Source: Hydrolagus affinis | Taxonomy: Eukaryota | Assembly: GCA_012026655.1 (NCBI GenBank) | Contig: JAAILG010002138.1 | Location: forward strand, 1 to 57,468 | Reading direction: 5' to 3' | DNA length: 57,468 nt | Shown: piece after piece, positions 1-12,199 of the stretch | Layout: each line of letters begins with the position of its first letter | Position numbering within the stretch: position 1 is the first letter of the stretch | The notes under the pieces: model-generated | The model's input: the letters and a program-made list of their open reading frames with translations, nothing else | Databases searched by the model: none | What the model was told of the DNA's origin: nothing | Position numbers and translations under genes: made by a program

Positions 1-210
1 TAATAATCCTTGCATTTGATATAGCGCTTTCCACATCTTATCAACGTCCCAAAGCGCTTCACAGAATATACTGTAAAGTGAATTGACTGTATATATTTGT
101 GGGCGAATTGCGGCAGCCAATTGCGCACAGCAGTGTCCCACACACAGTCGTGGATTGAAATGACCAATTTTGTTATTGTGGTTTTTTTGGAGGGATGATT
201 ATTATTAGGG
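1..210 (-). mobile_element. Young tRNA-derived SINE, 3' part (head missing)
   Basis: taataatccttgcatttgatatagcgc...gcggcagccaattgcgcacagcagtgtccca...gaaatgacc closely matches the full copies at 51542-51866 and 53515-53811. Confidence 0.9.
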
Positions 211-1104
211 GGTGTGTGGTAAATGGCAATATTTTACATATCAAGTAACATTGTGATAACAAGCGTTTCCACTTCAGATTTGAATGCACAGATTTGTTTA
301 AATGTCTGTGCACATCGAAAGTTGATAAAATATCTACAGTGACAGTTTGGTGAGGTATTGTTCATATAAATTTTTAACAACCATTTTCTAGCCTTTGAAC
401 TGAACCGCAGCCCACTCATTTTTTTGCTGAATAAAGCAATGACTTCTCTCAGTTCCATTACTGTCATGTATAACTTTTTCTTAACAGCTCACTTCACTTT
501 ACATTTTGACACCAAGAAGCGAAACAAGCTTGTACCAGCCTTGGACTTCAGATTGCTGAGTAAAAAGGACAGGAAATCATTACAGTCAAAACATTTCAGC
601 TAAAGGTTATTTTAATAGAAAATTGGATCAGTCATCTTGAGGAGAAACAAGGTGCAGCTGCTGTGTACTTTAAACCAAAGGAATGATGTCCCGCATCCAC
701 AGGTTAAGAGTAATCTTACTTAATATTGGTGCTTTACAAAATTAGCAATAGGACAGTCACTGTTTTTAGCAGCTAAAGAGCTTTTGCTCTATTTGAGGAA
801 TTAAACTAAAATCCATAGCAGTGATTGTCTGAGGTCAAGGCCGCGGAACAGGAATGTAACTGCCCAGCTCAAATGAGCACTCAATACGCTTCTCACATCT
901 GCTGGCTCAACAAAGCTATCAATTGATAAAAAAAATTGTTTTCATTCATTACAATTTAAATTTGGTTACATAGACTGTAATGGATATGCGGGTGTAATTA
1001 TAGCAACGTGACATAATCAAGGGGTTCAGAAGTGAAGGTTAAGATGTTTCTTCTTACTATTATTTGAAACCTGCGATGAGATTTTGTTTTTCAAATTGTT
1101 TTAC

Positions 1105-1196
1105 TTCCTGGGCACATGCGACCGCCATTAAGGTGGAAGGCTAACTAGATGGACCTTGGTCTTTTATCATCTATCATTTCTTATGTTCTTATGTTA
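1105..1196 (+). mobile_element. CR1-type LINE 3' end
   Basis: ctagatggaccttggtcttttatcatct followed by a ttcttatgttcttatgtt short-repeat tail, typical of CR1 3' ends. Confidence 0.6.
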
Positions 1197-1332
1197 TTAT
1201 TCAGGGTTTTGTTCTATTTATGCTCAGTTTGTGTGGCTCAGTATCATCATGAACACCAAGAGAGAGATTGGTAAATCCTCAAGTATGTAACAAACAAACA
1301 TAAGAAACTCCCTGTGAGACATCTCCCTGTTT

Positions 1333-1640
1333 ACAACAATAATAATAATAATCCTTGCATTTGATATGGCGCTTTTTCACACTTTCTAGACATCTCAAAG
1401 CACTTCACAGAATATACTGTACAGTGAATTGACTGTATATACGTGGGCAAAATGCAGTAGTCAATTGCGCACAGCAGTGTCCCACCAACAGGCATGGATT
1501 GAAATGACCAATTTTTTTGGGGAGGGATTATTAGTCGGCATGTGGAATAAGGAAACTTGCCCAAGGTCTCACCGTACCTGGAATCGAACCCAGGTCTCTT
1601 GCTTGCAAGGCTAGTGCTCTAACCACTGAGCTATAGGACC
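1333..1640 (-). mobile_element. Young tRNA-derived SINE, near full length
   Basis: Minus strand has A box TAGCTCAGTGG and B box GTTCGATTCC, the shared family body and an (ATT)n tail. Confidence 0.93.
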
Positions 1641-1854
1641 CCAACAACAACTTAGCCCCAGAAATTACCCCAGTGCTTCTCATGAGAACTGAACCAACTA
1701 TTATTTTTCTCAGAATACCAGCTACATTGGTTCCAATATAATTGCAATCTATGGTATTTAAGGAAAAGGGTCTGACAATTGGGCTTTGCTTTGAATTTTA
1801 TCGTTGCACATGGAAAAGCGAAGTGTTGAAAACAATCAAACCCTATCAGCCCCA

Positions 1855-2287
1855 TTCTTGTCCAACTCCACTGGCTTCCCATCACTCAGAAGATTCAATT
1901 CAAGATCTTGCTCCTCACCTTTAAACCCCTCCATGGCCTTGCACCCCAACTTTTGTGACCTCCTAATCCTTACAAATCTGTCTGTTCCCTCCGCTCAGCA
2001 GACTCCAGCCTGCTCCATCTCCCCAGACCTACCCACCCCACCATCGGCGGGCGAGCCTTCAGCCACCAACCTTTGGAATTCCATGCCATAATCTCTCCGC
2101 CTCGCCCCCTCGCTCATCTCCTTTAAATCCTGCCTCAAGACCTTTCACTTTGACCATGCCATCAGTCACCACCTTCCCTTCCCTCCGCTCCACCCTTCCC
2201 AATTCCAAACCCAGCTCAGATCCGAAACACTGATGTCCAATGCCTTGGGATGTTCTCCCAACGTGAAATGTAATTTTGTTGTTGTTA
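1855..2287 (+). mobile_element. L2-clade LINE 3' fragment (ORF2 C-terminus, 3'UTR, (TTG)n tail)
   Basis: Translates LHWLPITQKIQFKILLLTFKPLHGLAP and later LWNSMP, the L2 ORF2 C-terminal motifs; ends ttttgttgttgtt. Confidence 0.9.
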
Positions 2288-2487
2288 TATTACGATTGAC
2301 CTAAACATGTAGCTATATTGGAAAAAGTGAAGGCTGAGAACTTGGCCTTGATGTTTTTCACACTGATTAAAATCAAAGTGCTGCGAAGTAATGCACAAAG
2401 TACGTGCTATGGAGAGGATGTCCACTGTTTGGTTTGCTGAGAGCTGAAATTATTTGACTTTAAATAATGTTCATTCACAGTCAATGG

Positions 2488-2575
2488 GCACTGAGTTCTA
2501 TACCCACCCCTGATCCTGGCCAATCAGCACTGAATTCTACACCCACCTCTGAGCCCAGTCAGTCAGCTCTGAATT
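2488..2575. repeat. Degenerate ~39-bp tandem repeat (~2.3 units)
   Basis: gcactgagttctatacccacccctgatcctggccaatca / gcactgaattctacacccacctctgagcccagtcagtca / gctctgaatt. Confidence 0.7.
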
Positions 2576-4164
2576 GCCATTGAAAAAAATTATAGGAAGC
2601 TGAAGTTATACAGTCAGCACTCTGGGATGCTGTCCTGCATGAGGAGCGCTATATAAATGCAGGTTGTTGTTGTTGTAGTCTTGATGTAGGCCATTTCTGC
2701 CTAAGTCAAGCTTCGAACAAGGAATTTTAACTCATGGAAATCCTGCTTAAATTCTCTATCAGAAGGTCCATTTGCACCTCAATCAGGATACTATCAAGTA
2801 ATTGCTGAACTTTCTTTCACTTGTGGGCATCTCGGCAGGCTGTGTCAGAGTAGAGGTGGGAAGCAAACAGAGTGTTGGTGCTAAATAAGTAAAGAAACAC
2901 TGCAAGTTTTATACCTAAATATGCCATGGGGAGAATTGGCTTTGGATATGTACCCTTACTTGCCCTCAGGAGAATGTTTTCTGCATTGCTACTTCAAACT
3001 GCATCTAAGGTCATTAAATAATTGTGTCTCATATGGATATCCAAATTAATGCATTCATAACCAGAGCACAACAATTACAGATTATCATGATCAGCCAGTT
3101 TAACATGACACACAATCAAGTTTTGCATACATAACCATTAGCTCAAGCTTTTTATTCAGCCATCACTGGAAACGCTTATTATGTAAATGACAATCTCATG
3201 GGATTGTCAATATTTGCTTAAGGTGGTCCCATGATAAATAAGCTAATTACAGTATATGGTTTCATGTTATTTAAAGATTTTCCCCGCCTTCACTCTCTCT
3301 CAAAAAAGGTTACATGTTTATTCGTCTGCAAATATGAAATCCGCTATATGATGCTGTAAATTGTGTGATGCGTTGTAGCCTTGGTGAGTAGCAGCAGTAG
3401 AATGGGATCATGTGATAATACTACATGTGAATAATCCTTCTTGAATTTCATACAATGCCTTATCATATCACTCATCGAGACATCTCAAAGACATTCCTGC
3501 TTCACTTTGTATTTGCAGGCAAAATCAGTTGGAGTCTGTACATAGATTGATGTGCCCCTGTTAAACTCAATTCTACCAGAACACCAATCACTGTTCAATT
3601 GAAAACATTTCTTAAATCACATTAAGAAATGAGTTATCAAACTACAACACTAAAGGTTAAACTATTTCAAAGTAAATATTTAGCGACTTGCATTGGCAAC
3701 TTGCAATGATCTGACAATCTAACATTTTTTACTTCACAAATTGTGCTTTACAATTGGTCATAATAATTGAGCCTCATCCTGTCCTCTCCTGAAGTCCATT
3801 TTCATGAGACAGCACTGGAGGGTAAAAGGGCAGAAAGGCTGAAGATTGAATAACATCTTCTCTATAAATACCTCCTCCTAGCCCAGGGACAGTCATCTGC
3901 TTGTAACTACTCCATCACCACTACTGTGGCCACCTCGGCACCTGTCTGGGATTTCACCTGGAAACCTTTAGATTTTCCACTATTCTTTTGGTGTATTTAA
4001 CCACTGAATCCACATAGAGTGATGTATTTTAAAGAGAGTGTTTGGAAACCTCACTAGTTAACAAAAATAATCATTATTTATCTTACCAGTTTACCCCAAA
4101 CCCAACAGTGATAGCTTCTGATATGGAAAATGAAATGAGACATGAAATTATGATATTCATTTAC

Positions 4165-4345
4165 AATAATAATCCTTGCATTTGATACAGCACTTTTCAT
4201 GTCTTGTAGTCGCCTCAAAGCACCTCACAGAATATACTGTAAAGTGAATTGGCTCCATGTTTGTGGGCGAAATGCGACAGTCAATTGAGCAAGCAATGTT
4301 CCACAAACAGTCGTGGATTGAAGTGACCAATTTATTATTGTTTTT
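4165..4345 (-). mobile_element. Young SINE 3' fragment
   Basis: aataatccttgcatttgatacagcac...cacaaacagtcgtggattgaagtgacc matches the family. Confidence 0.88.
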
Positions 4346-4429
4346 TCTTATGCTTCGGTATTTGATACCAAAACTACTGTGAATTGCAGGGGTAAATAAT
4401 GCTAGGAATAGATAATATAACAGTAACGG

Positions 4430-4570
4430 TAATAATCATATAATAATCCTTGCATTTGATTGAGCAACTTTCAAGTCAAAGACAGTTTCAAATTGCTTCA
4501 CAGGATTCACAGTAAAATACAGTGACTGAATTTTACAGGCAAGCATAGCAGCCAAAATGCACACAGCAAA
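4430..4570 (-). mobile_element. Diverged SINE 3' fragment
   Basis: taataatccttgcatttgat...gcttcacagg...gcagccaaaatgcacacagc. Confidence 0.75.
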
Positions 4571-4868
4571 ACATGAAGTGGTGCTTATCTCCAATGAGTC
4601 TCAGCTGCTTAAGTATATTTTTGTACTAAGTGTCCTTGATAATAAGATCTTCCTCCCACTGCCTTGATATTTTAACAGTTTAAAAACCATTAATTACTTT
4701 GGACATTTTGGACAAATAGATGTTATTGGTTAAATAACCCGTACAGGCAGATATTGCTTAAATACTCTGTAAAATCTCATTTTATTTTGGTGTTGATTTG
4801 ATCTGATGGAATGTGGTACGTTGCTGTGGTTTAATTCCCAGAGCATACCATCTGCTAGTACGTTTTAC

Positions 4869-5092
4869 CTTGCTCTCCACTCTCCATATGGAGCACCTGC
4901 GCTGTCCAGGCATAAAGGGCAAGATAGGATGGCAGCAGATTTTTCATCAGCCTGGAAGGAATAGACTATTCTCTGGCTTTCTGCTCTTCTGATCTGTACA
5001 TAACGAGTGCTAGTCAAGAAAGGGCATCCTACAGTTTGCTTGGCGTTGCTGGCATCCTTAAGCAGCTTTTCTCTGTAGGGTTTAAAGCATTC
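4869..5092 (-). CDS. Weak candidate internal exon (74 codons + 2 nt), unrecognised product
   Basis: cag| acceptor, AAG|gtaaaa donor, one open frame (ECFKPYREKLL...CPLCLDSAGAPYGEWRA), non-repetitive, GC above flanks. No family recognised. Confidence 0.2.
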
Positions 5093-5897
5093 CTGGTACG
5101 TAAACAGTGGCGTAAGAAAAATAAATACAATCTCTATTATAAGCAACACCTGATCCAGTGTTTTCAAAACAAGTTGAGTATGTACCCAACAAATTCCTTT
5201 TCTAGGATTATGGAAACAATGAGGTATGGGATGTGATAAACCTTAGGCAACTGGATATGCCACAATCAGTAGCAGAACCCACCCCATTCCCAGGGTGGAT
5301 ATTGCTGGCTTAACTCGGCATTTAAAAGTATAGTCAATTTTTTTTAAAAAAACATCTCTTTCAGCAACCACCTCTGTTAACACTCATCCTGAAACAGATA
5401 GAAAACATACGAATGAACCTTTACTCAGAAGCCACACTTATATAAAGCCCACTTTGGCTTATTAGAGGTTGTTGAAGACAGGTTTGACTACCAAGGATCC
5501 TCCAGAATAATTGATGATTTAACTCCTGGCTGTTTGTGGGGTCTACTGACACAAATGGGTCCCTGGCTTACTTACAAAAATAAACGCCACGATATTTACT
5601 GGGGAACTCCTTGAGACATTTCAATGTGATGAGGTACTAAAATATCAAGAACTTTCTAAATGTCATGAGCTACAGTCACAATGTAAGTGTTTTTCTTTCA
5701 TGGAAAATTGAACAAGACTACTGCATATAAAACATTCTTTGCTCTTACTTGATCCCAGACAAAGTCACCCGAATTTAAATTACTGCCTGTTTTACAATGC
5801 TTTTTTTCTCCTCTTCCCGCATACCCTCTACCCCATCCTAGTACTATCTAAAATACCGACAAAGTTGTCAGAAAACAATTTACCCATTAGTACAAAA

Positions 5898-5987
5898 TCT
5901 GGGCCTTGATCCAATTCAGTACCAGAAGGAACTATTCAAATACAGTCTCATCTTTCCATTGGGAGTCAATTCTGGATACGGGCCCAG
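5898..5987. repeat. Short inverted-repeat element (MITE-like relic)
   Basis: tctgggccttgatcca ... tggatacgggcccaga are imperfect terminal inverted repeats. Confidence 0.45.
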
Positions 5988-7689
5988 AAAGCTGCTTTAA
6001 GTGGCCTGTTATTGTGTAGATGTCTCTACCACTAATGTAGGTCAAATTGTGTATGCAATTTACATCTAAACTGTTTTTGTGAATTTAGGTGATCACTTTT
6101 TCCTAACTTAAAATAAGTACTTTATTATTTCAAAGCAAAATGGTTGCCTTCAAATATTTAAGTAAAACTTTGTCTGATGTGAAAATCGTGATAATTATTT
6201 TGATGTTATTTAGACTCTAGTCTACGCATGATTATGCCTTGCTAATAAATGTTTCATAACTATAATAAAACCCACCTTGAAGCGATACTTGGACAGTCCA
6301 TTACCTCTCTTGGGTGGAATGTCAAAACGCCTAGAAGATTGGTTTAATAAGAGCACTAAATGCAGGAGATAGCAATGGCTTTCTCAAACTATTCCCATTC
6401 TTTTTCCAGTACTTCTGGCTGAATACATAAACACATTTCTATCACGCGAAAGCATTTGACAAATATAACACTAAATTATTGCCCCCTGCAAGATATGTAT
6501 CAACGGTATTTGAACACAAATCAATATTTCTCTTTAGATTAAGTCTTTTTGAAATATTGACTGAATATGTAGAACAAACAGTCATTCCACTTTACAGTAT
6601 CCTGTGAAGCGTTTTAAGATTTCCCCCTGATGTGAAAGGCACTTTACACAATGTAAAGATTATTTATTATAACTACTGCTAAAGTATTCATGAATTATCA
6701 ATCTTGTTCAACAATATTATTTTGTAATGTCACTGGTGATGCCTTTCTGCAAAGGTATTTCAATGTCTGCTGATATCACATGAATCTTCCACATGATAAG
6801 TTTCATTCAAAAAAAAGTGCAATCGCTGAGCGAATACCACTCCTTGGGCTTTTCTAATAAATGACCTACATGGGCCTCATTTAAGCAATGCTGTCTGAAA
6901 ATCTGTACCTGAATGTCAAAGATGTTGCATCAAGTAAATAGGTCATCTTACAGCAAGTGGCTGATGATTCATATCCTCTTCCTTTCAACTTTGTGGCTGC
7001 ACACTCTCACTAAGTAGAACGTCAACAACCTCAGTGATGAGGTTCCTTCAGCTTTGTGTATAGATCAGAAATGAAAGCAGACATCTCTAGCTCTTTACTT
7101 TTCTCCTAATCTTAATGCTCTTCTATATTCACAAAACAATATAAATGTTTAATCATATTGTGACCTGAGTTGTCAGGTCAAAAGAAATCTGTCTTCCGAT
7201 GGCACTAAATGAAGTGTGCACATTTGACGGTGAAATGGCCTTTGGGAACAATGATTTGTGGACTTTTTCACCTTGGCTTTGTGGCATTGCTAAGACATCT
7301 GAGCTTGTTTTGAACCTCCTGTTATTGCTCTGGTTCTGATCATAGATGTTTCTTGACTCTGTTTTTTAGAAATAGAAAGTGGTGTGTGCAGGTGTGAACA
7401 CACAGGTGTGTGTGTGTGGCAGTTTTATATTCAAGTCTTTTGTATTAGAAGGAAGGTTTTTTTTTGAATTGGTCAGTAATTTGAATTGCTGGGACAATTA
7501 TTACAACTTGTAGCATGTAAGTACTTGAAGAATAAAGAAAATGCTGGATACAGGAAAATTTATTAGACTACATCCAGCAAATTGCTATCATGGCATAGAT
7601 ATAATGGTTCTCCTTCTGTTCTGAAATTTCTGTGAATAGGTTTTCATCCCACTGCTGTCTTCCATTCAGTTTCTGCATGGCTCTATAGA

Positions 7690-7965
7690 TGAGAGTAAGG
7701 CAGAAGCCCATCTTGTCATCCAGTAAAATTCAAATCCATTATAAAAATCTCGTGACACTATTTGAGAAGAGAGTTTCTTCCAATCACCTGGTCAATAATC
7801 CCTCAGATAAAATGGGTCATTCACTTTATGGCTGTTTGTGGGGTAGATATGTGCATACTGGCTACCACAGAGAACGTGTCTGTACTTTACAGTAAATCCC
7901 ATGAAGCGCTATGAGACATTTCGACAGTACGATAAAGTGCTACGTCAATTCCAAGATTAATATAT
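7690..7965 (+). mobile_element. Old DeuSINE-type SINE fragment
   Basis: tgagagtaaggcagaagcccatc...acactatttgagaagagagtt...ggtcattcactttatggctgtttgtggg...tgaagcgctatgagac aligns to 49356-49777. Confidence 0.7.
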
Positions 7966-8035
7966 AATATCTATCTTTACATATGGAAAATGAAAGAAAA
8001 CACTTGTTTTTAACTTGGGATTGTCACTAATATAA

Positions 8036-8400
8036 AACATGACAGGATGATGCATCATGCTGCATTAAACCCACAATAATTGTATCACCCATTTATTTGA
8101 AATTGTGATAACCATAAATCAACATGATTGTGACAGATCAATATAAGAGATGCTCTCAGCACTCCAGCGGGGCCATTCGCTTCCAGCCACAAAAGTAAGA
8201 TACATTAAAAGAATGAACTGACATTAGATATTACATGACAGGTGAATGGCGGTGACATGATTTTTGTTTCAAAAATTGACACTGATATTTCATCTGTTTC
8301 CATGCATTTATTGCAACTCTGTCCACCCACGTTGTGCAGGTAACTATTTCTGACAAACTGGAGATGACTGCTGCTGTAATCTCAATACATGGTAAAGAAT
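8036..8400. promoter_or_regulatory. Candidate enhancer with Pbx-Hox and Meis motifs
   Basis: ccataaatca (TGATTTATGG on minus) at 8112-8121; TGACAG at 8040, 8131 and 8236; repeat-free, no ORF. Confidence 0.45.
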
Positions 8401-9329
8401 TCATGCTTTAAGAGTTAAATTTAATCTTAGACTTGTGTGAAAATAACACCTTTTAAAGACCAGGGTTACCAAGGTCTCAGCTCAGGTAATTTTTGGATGG
8501 TTAAAGGCCACTTGCCAATGAATCAGGTAGATGGACATTGAAGGCACTGGGTTGGTGGAGTTATAAATAACCACGGGAAAAATAAAAACCTATTATTCAT
8601 AGCTCTATAATCATAGTTTGTACTTCTTTAATTTTCACAACAGAATATGTGAACTTTGCTACATGGCAAAGTTATTCTGTCATTTAATCATTGCAACTGA
8701 TAAATAAATTGCACAAAGAGAACGACCTTTTCAAGACTGGTTGTAAAAAAACTAATTTTAAATTGGTTTCCCTCATGTAAGCAACAACTTACATTTATAT
8801 AGCACCCTTCACGCAGGATAGAGTAAACAAAAATCATCACAAGACTTTTTTTAAACAGAATACTATTCTGTTGTTCAGTGAGTGTGGTTTTTTTGAATGA
8901 TGGAAACTAACCATTAGCCACAAGTTAAAAAAAAAGATTCAATTTATTGCAAGTTACTGACATGTGTTAGAAAAACGATTCAGAAGCCCACTTTTCGGTC
9001 AGCTGCATTCAATTGGTTTGAAATATACCATTAACGTTTTCATCCTTTATTCCATATGTTGCTTATGTAACCATTCACCATGATGTGGATTATCAGCAAG
9101 TTAAAATATTACAGGAAATCCTTGAGCTATTAATTACAACCTTCCTGGTCTATTACTTTGAACCTAAAGTTATTTTAGGAATATACAGAAATCATTTTTA
9201 GATTATTTTTCCAGAACCTTATCTGTATTCCAAAGATCTGTATAGATTGTCATCTGATAACTTGTTGATGTGGAAAGCTTTGTAAGGATATTATTTACTG
9301 ACTATGACAGTTGTGCAATAGTTTTTGCA

Positions 9330-9505
9330 TTCTGTTCCTTCCGTTCAGCTAACACTGACTTGCTTCATGTTCCCCCACCTGATCCACGCCACCATCGGTG
9401 TGCAAGCTTTCTGTCTCCACACTGTGGAAATCCATCGTGGAGTCTCTCAGTTTTTTCCCCGCTCCCCTATGTGTGAGAACTATTTCAAGACTCCGCCTGA
9501 TACAT
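9330..9505 (+). mobile_element. Old L2-type LINE 3' fragment
   Basis: cttccgttcagctaacactgacttgcttcatgttccc...accatcggtg...ctgtggaa resembles the L2 C-terminal region seen in other copies here. Confidence 0.55.
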
Positions 9506-10500
9506 AAGTCTTTAAATAAATTGTTTGTAGATGATGTATATTCTCAGAATTTATTTGAGAAGTTCCTATACTACACTGTGTACGTAAATAGAATAATTTC
9601 AGAGGATCAGTGATCCACTGTAAATTACCAAAAGACAATGTAATTACATAGACCATGATTAAAAGTCCCAAGGCTCTTCCCCAACATTGGTGTTTTCCCC
9701 AAACCACAACTAGATACTGTAATTAACTGAACAGGCATTGCTCAGTGGAGCTCTGTGACTCAGCCTCCACTAAAGTGCCTTGTGTATCTAGTGCTGAACT
9801 AGTCAGAGCACACATTTTGTGAAAACTAATAACACATTGAAAATGATTGCATCCATAATTTTACCATTTTAAGCACTGTGTGCATGACCTATAGCACATT
9901 TAGAAATTCACATGCAACTAATGTTAGTCAAGCCTCAATAATTGAACATCTACTGAGCCCCTGGTTGCCTGTTTCATTAAATAGTGAAAAGATTGTTATT
10001 GTGAATACTCCCTTTAATCTTCAGTTGGCCAAATACAATGTTTATAAAGTCTGCAGTTCTGTGTTGTACAGACTATGCAGTTGCTGTATTATGTTGTATT
10101 AGTTGTTCTCAGTCAGTACATCAGCTAGTATGTTATAATTGGTCTTTGTGTCTTTGGGCTTTGATAAGGGTAACATTCTTATTTATGAATCTAATTTTTA
10201 CCATTAAAGCAGTGAATGAATCCACGGCATTGTCATAAGAGTACAATTAGTTTGATAAACAATTGATCCATATTATCTGTGTTCAACTCACAAAGGACAA
10301 GTGTTCAAAACCATAATCACTGTTCCTCTGATCTAGCAAAATATCAGTGCTCCATTACTAAAGCATCAATTTATGATTAGTCAAACCATAGAGAATTCCT
10401 TGTTGATCCCAGCAACACATTTAGCTGTCAGGCTGGTTCAAAGCTCCTCCCTGAGTCAGAAGATTGTGGATTCCAGCCCGATAGCAAGTCTTTAATCTTA

Positions 10501-10637
10501 CTCCTTTCCCTCCACCCTTCCACCCTCCCCCGATCCCGACCCCAGCTCGGGTCTGAAACATTGACTGTCCAGCACCTTGGGATGTAACTCCCAATGTGAA
10601 AGATGCTATGCAAATGTCATGTTGCTGTTGTTGTTGT
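10501..10637 (+). mobile_element. L2 LINE 3'UTR fragment with (TTG)n tail
   Basis: cccgaccccagctcgggtctgaaacattgactgtccagcaccttggga...gttgttgtt, as in 16160-16593. Confidence 0.85.
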
Positions 10638-10659
10638 TCCAGTATAGGTTGACACGCCA

Positions 10660-10873
10660 ATGAATGCGCTGGAGAACACGGCAGCCAATTGCACACAGAA
10701 GTGTCCCACAACAGTCATGGATTGAAATGACCGATTTTATTATTGTTTTTTTTTGGAGGGATTATTATCAGGCATGTGGAGTAAGGAAACTTGCCCAAGA
10801 ATCCTGACCTGTCTGGATTCGAACACAGGTCTCTTGTAAGGCGAGTGTTCTAACCACTGAGCTACAGGACTCC
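10660..10873 (-). mobile_element. Young SINE, head and body (tail missing)
   Basis: Minus strand ggagtcctgtagctcagtggttagaacactcgcc...gttcgaatcc gives A and B boxes. Confidence 0.9.
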
Positions 10874-11861
10874 ACAAAGACTTAAATGACTCTACACGAG
10901 GACTCTACAGGACTTAAAATCTCCTTGAAATGAGATTTTAAAGCTTGGTCCCATCTGCCTTATCAGGCAGATTTTAAAGATCGCATGACATTATTTGAAA
11001 AGAGAAAGGAGTTTCTCCCTATGTCCTGGCCAACATTCCACCAAATAAAATAGGTCATTTATTTCATGGCTGTTTGTGGGACTTTTATGTCTGTAAATTG
11101 GCTGCCTACAAAATACATGAAGTACTTTGAGACATCCCCATTTTAATAGATGCAAGCTTCTATTAATTAATGTGTAGTGAGATAAGCACTCACAATGTTT
11201 TGAAAAATTGAGGATATTATCATGAGATGGACAATTCAGCATGTATCTAACACGAGAAGAGCAAAATAATTCATTTGCTAAATGCACAAATTCATTTCCC
11301 CAATAATGTGGAGTACATAATGTATTGTAATGTATTAAGATACATTAGCAATGAGCACTGGGATTGTGACACAAGTGTATATTTTCTCTAACTGGATTAC
11401 ATTTTATGTGTACTTTGTTGCTGCTGTTAAACTGGGTCATGTAAAAGGCAGGAGCTGTTGAATTTGTAGGAAGCAGTGAATTAGCAAATCTACAGTTTAA
11501 ATTTAGAAGGAATTTGATACCACTCTTCAAATAGTGAACAGCAGCACATGGGAGTGCTCTAATTAAAACATCTGTAGTACAGGGTACAACGTGTGGTGTT
11601 TCTTAACTCATTTCTTGTGTTATTTAACAGGATACAGATTAAGAAACGGTGTTCATTTTACCACTATATTTCTGACTGATTTTTCAGAACCTACAAAATA
11701 AACAGTTTAATAAAAGTGAAGAAGTAAACAAGTCTGAACACTGTCTTGTAGATCTGCTCTGATATAGCTGTAGGTTTGCAATCGAAATGGAAATTCATTT
11801 CAATATTTCAATCATTTTGGAATGGAAGAAATAGACTTAAATTCTGTATGTTTACTAATTA

Positions 11862-12199
11862 GTGGAATCTCCTAGCTTAGTGGTTAGAGCAGGGTGAAAC
11901 GTTGGAGAAGTTTCCTTACTCCATACGCCTCTGTTTACCCAACAGTAAGTAGGAACCTGGTTGTTAGTCGATTGGGGGATCGCTTTCTGGGCCTTATAAT
12001 CCCTTCAAAAAAAATTATAATTTGGTCACTCAATCCAATCTGATTTTGTTGTTGTTAGTGATACACTGCTGTGCACAATTGACCATTTAATCCACAAAAT
12101 ACACAATCAATTCACTTTACAGTGTATTCCGTGAAGGCTTTGAGACATCTCAAAGACGTGATAAGGTGTAATATCAAATGCAAGGATTATTATTATTAT
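11862..12199 (+). mobile_element. Young-type SINE, longer variant lacking the B box
   Basis: tagcttagtggttagagca joined directly to gggtgaaacgttgg; extra segment cctctgtttacccaacagtaagtaggaacctgg; tail tcaaatgcaaggattattattattatt. Confidence 0.85.

Larger units (their letters stand above)
10425..11165 (+). mobile_element. Old DeuSINE-type SINE split by two younger insertions (head ~10425-10495, body ~10930-11165)
   Basis: Head ctgagtcagaagattgtggattccagccc; body ggtcccatctgcc...aaagatcgcatgacattatttgaa...tgtcctggccaac...ggctgtttgtggg. Confidence 0.75.
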
